From Trypethelium eluteriae (lineage: Eukaryota), in assembly GCA_051942245.1 (NCBI GenBank), contig JAVECL010000080.1, positions 1-59,355 on the forward strand: a stretch of 59,355 nucleotides of DNA, written 5' to 3'. This document shows positions 24,054 to 34,897 of this stretch, in pieces. The notes beneath the pieces were generated by a model. That model worked only from the letters and a program-made list of their open reading frames with translations. It had not been told where the DNA came from and did no database searches. Each line of letters opens with the position of its first letter. Position 1 is the first letter of the stretch. The position numbers were made by a program, and so were the translations under genes.

Positions 24054-25392
24054 GGAGGCTGTAGCTTTGCTTTAAGCAGCGGTGGGTTGGATCATGATTG
24101 GATCAGCGCTGTCAACTAGTGGAAGTACTGTACCAGGTAACACAGAAGGCGACAAACGCAGACAGCGACGTACAAAATGCATGCTGAAATAACACTTATC
24201 TGTTCAGAATATAATATCACTCTAACAATCCTTTCGACTTGTATAGAAGGGTTAAACAGAATGTTGAACTGAATGCACGCCGTCTTCGAATATTCGTATA
24301 TCTTAGCTACGGTGACGCATTCTCTTGTTTTTGTTGTATTCCGAGATTATCAACCTCACTGCTGACCTTGGGCTAACGCTACTTCGAGACTCTCTAGCCG
24401 ATAGGCCTTTGATCAATCGAGACATCTGAATTGCCAGAAAATGTATAATTTTTGCAGTTCCCAGGCCACTTCTACAACATTTCATTCTAAACCCGAAAGG
24501 TGAAGGGACTATGGAACTAGCTGATAGCCCTATGCAACCACAGGTCCGCGTACGCGACGAGCCGCCCGACCGAGGCCGTCCATTGGTGTGACTAGGAGTG
24601 GGCCCTCCGCTTGCTGAATGGACTAGGTAGTTTCAAATAATAGAGAGGTATTGAGCTTGAAGGGAACGCAATGCAGCGATAGCACTACTTCCGAGAAATG
24701 AATGAACTCAATTGAACTGATGCCTGTCCAATAGGTTCTTGCAGTATGTAAATTTTAAAGACTACTTACTGGCATCGGCATCCAGCCGGGTCTCTTAAGC
24801 TGTGCCGGAAACTTGGCGTAAGCTGAGGCTTGTTTAAATCGAGTCAGGCTTAGGAACGGACCACACCAAAAGCTTGATCGGCCGGAAGAAGTTTTGACCG
24901 ATCACGCTGTCTCCCAGTCCTCCACACTCATCTGAACATACGGCACCGACCTGAACTGCGCGAGCGTGGCACAGTACCTTCGCAGGGATGCGCTTTACCC
25001 CTCAAGGTGGCTTACGAAGCATTTGGGCTTTGATACTGGCAATGCCATTGGGCTCGGTGAGTTGTCGGCAAATATACCCACGTTCGTAGGACGTCATCCA
25101 TATGGGTGGCATTGTCGAGCCCGGTAAGAGTTATCCGATGGCTACTTGTCAGAGCTTCGATCTAGGCGTCTTCCCGCTTTACATGCGCAGTGTCGATAAG
25201 GAAGCGCAGCTTACTACCCTTCCGCGGTCAGGTCTCATCGTCTAAAAATCGAGCTAAGTGAGGGTTGGTATTTAAAGTCAATCGTTTCAGTGAGAGAGCT
25301 GGACCTTGAAACTACGTTGAAGTGGGACAGGATCTTCGTCATTTCCCATCCCCCTGTCTGCATGAAACTCTACCTCTCAGAATACATAGAAA

Positions 25393-27084
25393 ATGCAAGC
25401 CTCTATAACCGAATTGGCAGACTGGATCAGCGTGAATCAGACACGAATCAGCAGTGCCTTCGCACTGCTCATCGTCTCTAGTCTGACTTATGCTGTCGTC
25501 TATAGGCTTGTACTCAGTCCCATTGCCGGATTTCCAGGGCCCAAGTTGGCTGCTCTGAGCTTCTGGTACGAGTTCTATTACGACGTCATTGAAGGCGGAA
25601 GATATACCTGGAAAATTCGAGAGCTGCACGACAAGTACGGTCAGTATTGTGAGCAGAATTTGCTAAATGTTCGCTTATTCTTACCCTAGGACCTATCATT
25701 CGAATCAACCCCTACGAAATCCACGTCGATGATCCAGCATTTTATGCCGATTTGTACACTGGGTCAACCGGGAAACGCGACAAATGGCATTGGTCCATGA
25801 ACATGTTTGGCATGAAAAGTGCCACCTTCTCGACTGTACCGCATGATCTGCACCGTGAGCGCCGTGCCGCCCTCAATCCATCTTTCTCCAAGGCTGCCAT
25901 CTACCATCTGGAGCCAGTGATCCTGGCACTCGTGGACCAGTTATGTGACCGGCTCCAAGAGTATCAGAGATCGGGTGAGCCCGCTAATCTTGGCCCTATC
26001 TTTGCCGCTCTCACTACCGATGTCGTGACTGAGTACGCCTTTGGAAAGTCTTATCAGTGTCTACAGGCACCCGACTTCAACCCTCAGCTACATGAGGCTG
26101 CCCAGGCAAACACAAAAACCACCGTACTTGCAAAGCAGTTCCCCTGGATCATCCCTCTTTCCCGAAGCCTTCCGCATTGGGTGGTCCAGGCAGTGAATCC
26201 GCTGATGATGCAGATGGTGCATTTTACTGATGTAAGACCAGATGAGCATTCCTTTCGTGCTGCACGGCAGTCTCCCCAATGATCTCGTTTCTCTTCCCGA
26301 TTGGCAACTATTGACCTTCTCGTAGTACGTTCTGGACCAGGTACAATACGTTATCGAGACTCACAATACCGCAAGCGAAAAGCCAAAGCGACCCACCGTC
26401 TTCCACGGCATTCTAGATAGCGACACAGACCCACGAGAAAAGAGCATACTTCGACTCATGGACGATGGCATCTCGATCATAGGCGCAGGTGTGCTCACAA
26501 CAGCTGACACTCTACGAATCATCACCTTTCACATCCTCAACCGACCCGAGGTGCTCACCCAACTGCAGGCCGAGCTGGACGCCGCCATCCCAGATCCGAC
26601 CACAAGCGCCTCGCTCCGGCTAGTCGAGCAGCTTCCGTACCTGTCCGCCGTCGTAAGTGAAGGCTACCGCATCGCATGCGGCATCTCGTCGCGGCTACAG
26701 CGCGTCTCGCCACACGCGCCGCTGACCTACGGCAAATGGATCATTCCCGCCGGCACCCCTGTCAGCATGACCATCTACCTGCTGCACAACCGGCCGGACA
26801 TATTTCCGGAGCCCCACGAGTTTCGCCCCGAGCGCTGGTTGACGTCTCAAGCGGAGCGTCTGGATCGTTACCTTGTCCCTTTTAGCAAGGGCAGCCGGAG
26901 CTGTGTTGGCATGAACCTCGCTAATGCGGAGATCTGTCTGACGCTCGCGTATCTGTTTCGCCGCTTTAGATTGGAGCTATTTGAGACTACGCGCGCTGAT
27001 GTGGATATTGAACATGATTATTTCACTGCATTTCCTCGATTGGACTCTAAAGGGGTGCAGGTTCTGGTAAAAGAGAGAGATTGA
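25393..27084 (+). CDS. Cytochrome P450 monooxygenase (trichodiene-oxygenase-like clan); introns 25640-25689 and 26232-26325
   Basis: N-terminal TM anchor, [25 protein letters not shown] (ExxR), FRPERW and heme motif [10 protein letters not shown]. Confidence 0.92.
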
Positions 27085-27360
27085 CGACGCTAACCCGACT
27101 ATTCGAAAGTTTGATGACAAAGTGCGATTTTGGCTCGTTCAAATTTCTCCTTTCAGCATTCTGTCTCTGAGCTGCAGGGTTCTTGTTGTACAGCGACTCC
27201 ACATTGATAGTCAACAAATGATGTATCAGTCAAATTCCTTGAATGCAGTTTTCTGCCCCAGACGTGTATATCATGTGGATAAGAACCTTAAAATAGCGGA
27301 CCTTTGAATTTGTATCAACGCCAAGTCATTGCCAGAGCCAACCACACCCCCCAAATTATT

Positions 27361-28398
27361 TCAGTGGAGCCAGTTCTGGCCGTAGTGAGTACTGGATTCC
27401 ACCACTACCGTTATTCCATCAACAAGGAATCCATCCATTTCAACTTTAAAACGCTCCAAGCGTTCCATATTTGCAAACGAGACCCACCAAACCTTGACAC
27501 CGGTATTTTTACGAATCCCATGAGAATTGAGTGCAATAGCACTCGGTTCATACTTCCTAAAGGTCTCTAATAAGGAGAGGGGCGTGTCGAATCGAGAGGG
27601 AAGGTGGCTGCCATCCGCAGATGTGATGCGGGCCGAAAAGGGATATCGCTTGCCTTTGCGAGGGATCCGATCGAGGAAACAGCATTTTTGATCCTTTGGA
27701 GTGATGACAAGCAGTCGACCTTCTGAGCCTTCGGAAATAGAGTTGTCGGAAGTCGTGAGGCCAGAGTAAACAACCAAGCACCTCACAGCATCGTTCGCGG
27801 CTCGATGTAGAGTCGGACTAGGCTGATCGGAAATGCCCATAGCCTTGATGACTTCGAACAGCTTAGGCGCGGATGATCCGCTTAATTCTGAAGCGATGTA
27901 CTGTAAATCTACCCAGTATGTGAAGAAAGAGACCGGAGCTGGACACTTTTGTGATATCCATTCCATCTCGGGATAGAGACTGAATCCAACAAGTATCAAG
28001 CTGCTTTGATTATCAAGGCGAGAGAGTATCTGAATGATAGTCGAACCAACTTCTTCGGCACCGACAAGCACCGTGCTTCCTTCACATTCGATCCCCTCGC
28101 GTGATAGATTCTTTGATATTCTATCTCGGACCAGAATGGTATGAGTTTCGATTTGGTTCTGGTGGTACCAAGCTAAAAGAGTGCTATTTCTGCAAAACAT
28201 TGGTTGCTGATCTTTCTTCGTTCGAGGGATCCCCAGAGCAAGTTCGGTCAGCCCTTGTTCCGAAAACTTGATCTTCAGCGCGACTGGCGATGATCTCAGG
28301 CTGTGCTCTTTAAGTAGTTCGAAATCCGAGATATTAGAACCCCATAACGACTTTATATGTCTCATCCGGAACTTAGGAGTCTCGCCTCTTAGATGCAT
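27361..28398 (-). CDS. RNase H-fold DEDDh exonuclease-like protein (Gfd2/QDE-2-interacting-protein type) with possible C-terminal RRM-like region
   Basis: GLTELALG, LILVGFSL, WVDLQ and LHRAANDAV match ExoII/ExoIII-like segments; C-terminal WWVSF..ME.LERF..EMDG resembles RNP1 plus helix. Confidence 0.6.
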   Translation of the reverse strand: MHLRGETPKFRMRHIKSLWGSNISDFELLKEHSLRSSPVALKIKFSEQGLTELALGIPRTKKDQQPMFCRNSTLLAWYHQNQIETHTILVRDRISKNLSREGIECEGSTVLVGAEEVGSTIIQILSRLDNQSSLILVGFSLYPEMEWISQKCPAPVSFFTYWVDLQYIASELSGSSAPKLFEVIKAMGISDQPSPTLHRAANDAVRCLVVYSGLTTSDNSISEGSEGRLLVITPKDQKCCFLDRIPRKGKRYPFSARITSADGSHLPSRFDTPLSLLETFRKYEPSAIALNSHGIRKNTGVKVWWVSFANMERLERFKVEMDGFLVDGITVVVESSTHYGQNWLH

Positions 28399-29553
28399 GG
28401 CAAATTTTGCGATACTATGGAAAAGTTCGCGCGCTGTCAGTAGTACGAATCTCGGGTGCCCAGTAGCGAGAGATTGGGAGGTTGTGATATTGTGAGTGTG
28501 ACGAGCGTTGGATGGGAAAGTCGGGTTAATAATACAGTTGGTAGACGTATAGAAGATGTGTAGGCTCCTACTTAAGCTTAGGGGTAAAAAATGCTATGTC
28601 AAAGAAGCAGGAGGTTTATCTATAGAGAGAGTATGTATGTGTCTGGTTTGAAAATTGTCGAGGTTGATGAGAATGAAATGCAGTGGATTGTATGAAGCTA
28701 AATACACAGTGAGGATGAGAATGGCTGCATATACTAGGATAGATAGAGTGATAGCTATCCATGGCGCCGCCAAACCTTCTATGAAGGTCCTCGGTCGCGT
28801 ATTCCTCTAACACTCCCTTAATGTAGTATCTGAACTGTAGCAGCATTTCATGTGATTCCCCGATGCTCACTCCGATCTCATCTCATTCTCCAAGTTGATA
28901 GTATCTATCTCGACAGAAGATGATCACTTGGAATGGAGTTTCTTCTAAATGTGTATTCGTAACTTAATTGTAGCTCAAGTTAGCTCAGGGATATCTCAGC
29001 TGTGGCGCAGAATATAGTGGTACCGCCGCAGCTCAGGATTTGATGATGTAAAATGGGTGATGAAAGCTTGTAGATGAAGCTATGGAGGCGAGGACATCTA
29101 TATACGTAGTAACTCACGACCTTCACTCGTAATCACATGATAGAATTGCTAATAGGATTGTCTTCTCACACATCACATGCAACATCAGGATCGCTTACTA
29201 ACCGCTCATGTCTAGCGGCGGGAGAGACTTCCAATATCGTAACTCGCACCTCATGCCCTCATTCGTCGTCGTGTCAGTTTTGACATAAGAGAAGAGCAAC
29301 TCCCGGTCTCTTCTCAATACAATATCATCTTGCAACGGGAATATATGTGGTCCCTGAAAATTTCTCTCTCTGGCGAAGATGGAGGGAATTAAATCGAGCT
29401 CTAGTCGCGTGATATATAGTTTACGAGCTGTGAATCCTAATAGAAATCTTATGAGAAACTCTTTGATCATATGAGGATATCTCTTGTGTGATTTCACTTT
29501 CCACTCATCAATCGAATCCGCAAAATCATCCTTGTTCACCCTCAATTTTTCGT

Positions 29554-30385
29554 TCATGCTCTATTTGAACCAGGCAGATCTGTCGGCTCTGGCAGGGCAT
29601 GAATACTCTTTGAGCAGCTCACGAACGATACGATCGTTACTATACTAGCGATCGCAAAAAAAATAGCAACCTAGAACCGCGTCAGTGAACACAGGTGTTG
29701 GTATGTAGGTTATCCATTCCCGCATTCTCCGACTTGCCTTCAAATTGTCATTCCATTTCTCATCCAGCAAGACAAGTGGACTAAAGATAATAGAACATAA
29801 TCCGGCAAGAAATGTCATTACAGAAAGGGTCAGCAGCATCATTGGACACTGAAGGGCAAATATGATCGCCCGATTAGCGGTTCGATTACCTATGGTCTGT
29901 GGTTCGGCCCTTATCAAAATGCTTTGGAACCTCTGTGCCTCTTCCTCATCAAGCTCGCTGTCGGGCAGAATGTTCTGTTGTTGCGCCCCTAAAACTACAG
30001 CTACCAATCCAAATACAATACTTGAATACCAAGAGGCCGACACGCTCCAATGGCTATCATCGACAGCGTTCCAAGAGAGTACGGAAATAACGGACGTAAC
30101 AAGAATGGCCGCCTGCAAATTCTTCTTAGCTAACGGGCCTTTAAGGGTGTGAAGAGCGAAGCTCACGGCAACTTGAACGTATCTGCTTTCATTGGCCTTG
30201 TATCTTGTGAAACGGTGGATCCTGGACGGAAGTTGGTTGCGGTCGTTTGTGTCATTTATGATTCCATCAATGGCCTGTACTGTGTTACGTTTGAAACTCT
30301 TGTAGTAAAAGTACGTCGATAAAAAAAGAAGGGGATGATCAAAACCCCATCCAGCGAGGGTTCTTAGCCTCGCCAATGCCTTCAT
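29554..30385 (-). CDS. Four-transmembrane protein of unknown function; introns 30113-30166 (GT-AG) and 29671-29737 (GC-AG)
   Basis: Spliced product has hydrophobic helices VQVAAAILVTSVISVLSW, WYSSIVFGLVAVVLGAQQ, IIFALQCPMMLLTLSVMTFLAGLCSIIFSPL and VAIFFAIASIVTIVSFV; the introns carry GCTAA/CTGAC branch sites. Confidence 0.7.
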
Positions 30386-31156
30386 GTTGGAATGTTCGAC
30401 TATGTTGCTCGTCGAAAGAGGCAGCCGCCCCAAATTTGAGGTTTCTAGAAGCACAATTATACTTCATGCATTGTGACGTCTCGTGACTATCAGCTGATAG
30501 GCATCAGCAGCACTGGTTCTATTTGATTCGCTACCAATAGGTGCGCCCGAAGCTTGGCGGCCAGCCACGAATGAGTTTTCTCTCTCACCTCTGCGAATTA
30601 AAGCTATGAGGGCCTTGCAAGTTCTCAATTTCGAAATTGAAGCATGCGTCTCCATCCTTGTCTATCTTCCTATCGAGGACGTATGCCCCTGATTCGATTT
30701 GCCACCTCCTCACAGGGTTGAGCTGAGCAGAGATAAGAAGACCTTTTTTCTTTTCTCGAGAGATTTTTTGATATTGCAGCGTCTTTTCCGACTTTTTGTT
30801 ATCAATTGCGAGTCTCAACTCCAAGTTAGAGTTACTACACTTGAATACAACGATCTCTGCATCTGACCGGTAGCGCATCCTTGCGTGAGTTTAATTAGAC
30901 CTGGTCAAGAGATCATCTTAAGGAATATGGACTAACCAGAATATTGGAAGCGTCTGCTTAATCAAGTAGAATCCTTTGATAGGCAGTGACAAGCTAACCT
31001 CGAATGGAATCGGCTCTGTGACCCACACTCACGCTGTAGCAAGCGAACGCAGTGTACTGCTTTGAATCATACCTGTCCACGATTGTGAGTGAAGAAATTA
31101 TTTTTGGGACAGGATATTATGGCTAATGTCCCCAATTATCAGTCAAAGTTCAAACC

Positions 31157-32146
31157 ATGACCGATCATGCTAAGCTTTCAGCGAGCAATACGGCAAGCAA
31201 CGATACGAAAACCATCGAGAACGAAAAATACGAAATAAGAGATTCTGATCCACTGTTCGATAATCTTGATTCGGTGGAAGAAAGAAACCACAATCGCAAA
31301 AGCCGTCCAGTTTGGTTCAAATACAAGCCTGTGCACAATCTTCAAAGCACCCCCAAAGACAAAATTGCAATCAAGGCCGTTAAGGCTGGCATTCGAAGAC
31401 TCCAATTTGTCGGGCATTGGGCTATTCAAGTCGGCAGCTCCCAGGAAACCGATGACAAAATAGTATATATTTGGGAACTATGGCAACATCCGAACACCCA
31501 TGAAATTTACCTCGGAGAGCAAAACCGCGGTCCTGTCAAATGGACCAATCTTCGCGTGATCCAAACATCGACTGGAAAGGTGTTTAAGACCAAAGAGACA
31601 CTGAAAGATTCGCACTGGTGGCACAAGTGTGGTAACACCACGATGACTGATCTTGAGATCCGCGACAAAGCAATACACATTATCAACAATCTCAGCACAG
31701 AGGACCTTGGTCCTCTCGACAGACTTATGAGATGGCGGGCTCTGGCAGAACTAAAGGTCATAGAACGTTTGTTTGGAAAACGGGCACGCGGTGCAGCAAT
31801 ATCGATATTTGGGTTTCAGGGAAAGCTTCAATCGGAAATTGTTCGACGGATTCGGGGTAAGACATCCGACGATGAGTGGCGGTATGATTTGTTCTTCAGA
31901 AATTGTCAGATTTTTGCCAAACGGCTTGCTGTGGAAATTTGCAACTCTAAGCTCCGATCCAGGCTTTTTTTCCTTCCAAGAGTGAGCGCAAGAAAATGGC
32001 TCTACAGTTATTTCACTGAAGGCCCGATGCCTCAATCCCTTCAGCAAACCTTGACTAACAATCAGCAAGCCTGGGCTAACAATCAGCAAGCCTTGGATAT
32101 CAATCAGCAAAGCTCGGTAATCAATTCGGCAACCCAAATACAATAA
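31157..32146 (+). CDS. Permuted papain-like (PPPDE/LRAT-like) peptidase-fold protein with N/Q-rich heptad tail
   Basis: His-before-Cys catalytic arrangement: GHWAIQVG...YIWEL and YDLFFRNCQIFAKRL; intronless, 329 aa. Confidence 0.65.
   Translation: MTDHAKLSASNTASNDTKTIENEKYEIRDSDPLFDNLDSVEERNHNRKSRPVWFKYKPVHNLQSTPKDKIAIKAVKAGIRRLQFVGHWAIQVGSSQETDDKIVYIWELWQHPNTHEIYLGEQNRGPVKWTNLRVIQTSTGKVFKTKETLKDSHWWHKCGNTTMTDLEIRDKAIHIINNLSTEDLGPLDRLMRWRALAELKVIERLFGKRARGAAISIFGFQGKLQSEIVRRIRGKTSDDEWRYDLFFRNCQIFAKRLAVEICNSKLRSRLFFLPRVSARKWLYSYFTEGPMPQSLQQTLTNNQQAWANNQQALDINQQSSVINSATQIQ
32041..32124 (+). repeat. Coding tandem repeat, 4 x 21 nt (QQTLTNN QQAWANN QQALDIN QQSSVIN)
   Basis: Units TCAGCAAACCTTGACTAACAA, TCAGCAAGCCTGGGCTAACAA, TCAGCAAGCCTTGGATATCAA and TCAGCAAAGCTCGGTAATCAA. 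Confidence 0.85.
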
Positions 32147-33059
32147 ATGAGACCTTCATACCGCTTTTTGTATTATCGTCACAGCATTTTTGGGCTCTTG
32201 TCCAGTTGCTTCAACAATAATGTTACGTAATCTTGCATACCAGTGTACGACACACAGTCCATTGAGATTCACGAAGTGGTGTGTTGAGCAGCCAAAGTAA
32301 GAGTGAGTTGAGGAGGTAGCAACTTCTAAGTCGAGCGCATTCTCGAACTTATTGGCCATGAAACCGCCTCATCGTGTGGTTCTAGTGCGCTTTAAGGGAC
32401 ATCTACGTTTCGACATTAGACAAGGCTGCTTTGCTGGCAAAGAAGTTCGACTACTACTTGAGTCAACGTCGTCGCATAGGGCATGTAGTGACAAGTGTCG
32501 AGCTCGAAGCCACGCCAAAGTCTGTATCCTCTTTACCTGACTTATACCTGCCCTGAACCTGATCTGCGATGTTGTTTGCTCCTGATGCGCCATCATACAC
32601 ACACTGGTTCGCCGCTGCTGAGCCGGTACCATCACGGTCGTTTACGTAGAGAAAAGAGTTTGGTGCGACAAGTAAGTCATACTAAGTTGAGGGAATGATG
32701 ATCCACTTGGATTTGTCCCGTATACGGTGGTCAAGTTGCTCGGAACGTGCGCCGTTGTGTAACTCAGTATTATCGTGTGGTATTGTAGAGCTACCACAGG
32801 GCGACGGATGCTGCTTAACCTATCGTAACTAAGCAGAAGTAAGCAAGGTGTGTAACAAGAGGGATACGTCTTGTGTTGAGCCAAATTCAACGTATGCGTG
32901 GACAGAAGCCGATTCTGCACGCTACTGTAATGAAAGTACATGAAATGAGAATCCTTTCGAGTCTTTCGGCTGCGAGTACATCTTGCTGGAGAACTACATA
33001 TCTCTAGTAGGGAGCTCCTCCTCATTGGAAACGGGAAGGACCACGCTACTAAGCATTGT

Positions 33060-34247
33060 CTACCCATCGAGAGCCTGGACTACCTGGGCCCATTCGCCGT
33101 AGCCGTATGCCCCTGGAACTTTGGCACCATCGAACACGCTGGCCAGGACCACGCGGTCTGACTGCTCACCTTCCCACGGCTGGCGACCATGCTGAGCAAT
33201 GATATTGTCATAGACCAGGACATCACCCTCTTGCCATTTGTGCAAGACGCGGATCTCATCAGTGATATTTGCCAAATGCTCAAGATACTTTTCCGGTATG
33301 GGTGTTCCATCGCCATAGAGCTGCTCGGTCACATTCTTCCTTCCCGAGGAAGCGTTGACGCGCGCGTTCTTGTAGTACGCCGCTAAGCCTGTGAATAGCG
33401 TGGGAAGGTTGGTTTCGGGTTGCGTTCGGACAGCCGGTAACCTCTGTGTCAAGGTGATGCCATCGTCGGTCCATTCCCACGTTGTAAATTTGCCCCTACC
33501 GTATCGGGAGATTTGGGCTTCGATTTTCGAGCGCCTGGTTGCCTCATCATCCCCTTCCTGGATCTCCTTTCCAAATGCCTGTCTAAGCGTAGACCCTCCT
33601 TCGTATTGCTTTTCCACCTTATAGACGACTTTACTGAGGATGCCTTTTTCGGTCAGCTCGGCGATGAACCCGGGGATTTCCCGTTGGGCGCGGTGAAACA
33701 GTTCTAGGGACGAAGAAATTGGGGTTTCGCCGCCCTTCTTCGGGACCTTGTGCCCATAGAAGAAGATATATTCCGGGGCATGAGGCACTTGGGGCGATTC
33801 GTTGTGATTGTAAATTAGCACTGATTTAGGGGCTTCATTGGCAGGAACGACGTTAGGAGCAAGTAATGGCCTATCGACGACTATACCGATGATTTCGTGG
33901 GGCTTGTAGCCAAAGGAATGAGCAAAGTTGCTGAAGTCGTCCGCGTTGTGAATTGGTAAACCTCGAAAGAGGAGAGCTCCATGGAGGGCAAGCTTCTTCG
34001 TCAGGATGCTATCCTGCTCCTGCAACGACTTGATCGTCTGGACGATGGTATCGAGATCAAGTGGGACGCTTTCGTGAGTGGATGGACGTAATGCTAAGGG
34101 CGTCACTGTGTTGGCTGGGTGAGGCGGTCCAAGCACGCGCTGATTGGTTGCAGGTAAGTCAAACGATTCAAACACGAGCGCCGGTGACCGAGCATCGTCG
34201 AGTTTGAGAGCTGGCCGTCTGGCCCCAACTGCAATCGTCTCCATCAT
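33060..34247 (-). CDS. TauD/TfdA (clavaminate synthase-like) Fe(II)/2-oxoglutarate dioxygenase
   Basis: HGALLFRG, HNE iron ligands, GGETP and WQEGDVLVYDNIIAQHGR; intronless. Confidence 0.9.
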   Translation of the reverse strand: MMETIAVGARRPALKLDDARSPALVFESFDLPATNQRVLGPPHPANTVTPLALRPSTHESVPLDLDTIVQTIKSLQEQDSILTKKLALHGALLFRGLPIHNADDFSNFAHSFGYKPHEIIGIVVDRPLLAPNVVPANEAPKSVLIYNHNESPQVPHAPEYIFFYGHKVPKKGGETPISSSLELFHRAQREIPGFIAELTEKGILSKVVYKVEKQYEGGSTLRQAFGKEIQEGDDEATRRSKIEAQISRYGRGKFTTWEWTDDGITLTQRLPAVRTQPETNLPTLFTGLAAYYKNARVNASSGRKNVTEQLYGDGTPIPEKYLEHLANITDEIRVLHKWQEGDVLVYDNIIAQHGRQPWEGEQSDRVVLASVFDGAKVPGAYGYGEWAQVVQALDG

Positions 34248-34897
34248 GGACTTCAGTACTCTGGATCTTCGACTTCGACAAGCTGGGTGACTGACTCGAC
34301 ACGTGCGGATCTACCATCGACTTACCTACCTTATGTACCATACTGTCTGTTTTTCGGGATGAGGAGAATCAGTGTCCCCTGAATTTGGTCATCTGAACTA
34401 AGATCACGAAATCCCTGCATCTACAAAACCCCAGAGAGCGACGTTTTGCATATTATGGATTGCAATGATCTCGATCTGGAGACCTTCAGATTGCCGAGGG
34501 ACATGGAGGCTAGGACGAAAATGAGGAGTACTTGGTGCATTCCTACGGAGGTGAACCTTGGTGTTTTACTGTATCTACACGCCAGCGGACTCGCTGAGGC
34601 AGCTTTACTGGCTCAAACCCGTGACACGAAATAACGATAAGGTAAGTTGTGGGGCATTCATCGTATCACAATTGCAGCATCTTGCGTGCTTGCGGAGAAG
34701 ATAGGGATGTCATTCCGACGTGTGCGCTCGAGTCGGCGCACGCAAGGGAGGTTTATTCTTTTTGATCTGTTATCCATTGTCTTCTTTTCGTATAGATTTT
34801 CGTTTTTGGCAGTATTCGAGTATTTCTTTCTACAAAACATCAACCTTTTAATACTTCCACCCTGGGCCTCGCGCCCTGCTCGCGACTTTCGCGCACC

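Noticed and set aside
24930..24960. ACATACGGCACC resembling the start of a fungal 5S rRNA
   Set aside because: Similarity does not extend; no tRNA, rRNA or CRISPR array was recognised anywhere in the window.
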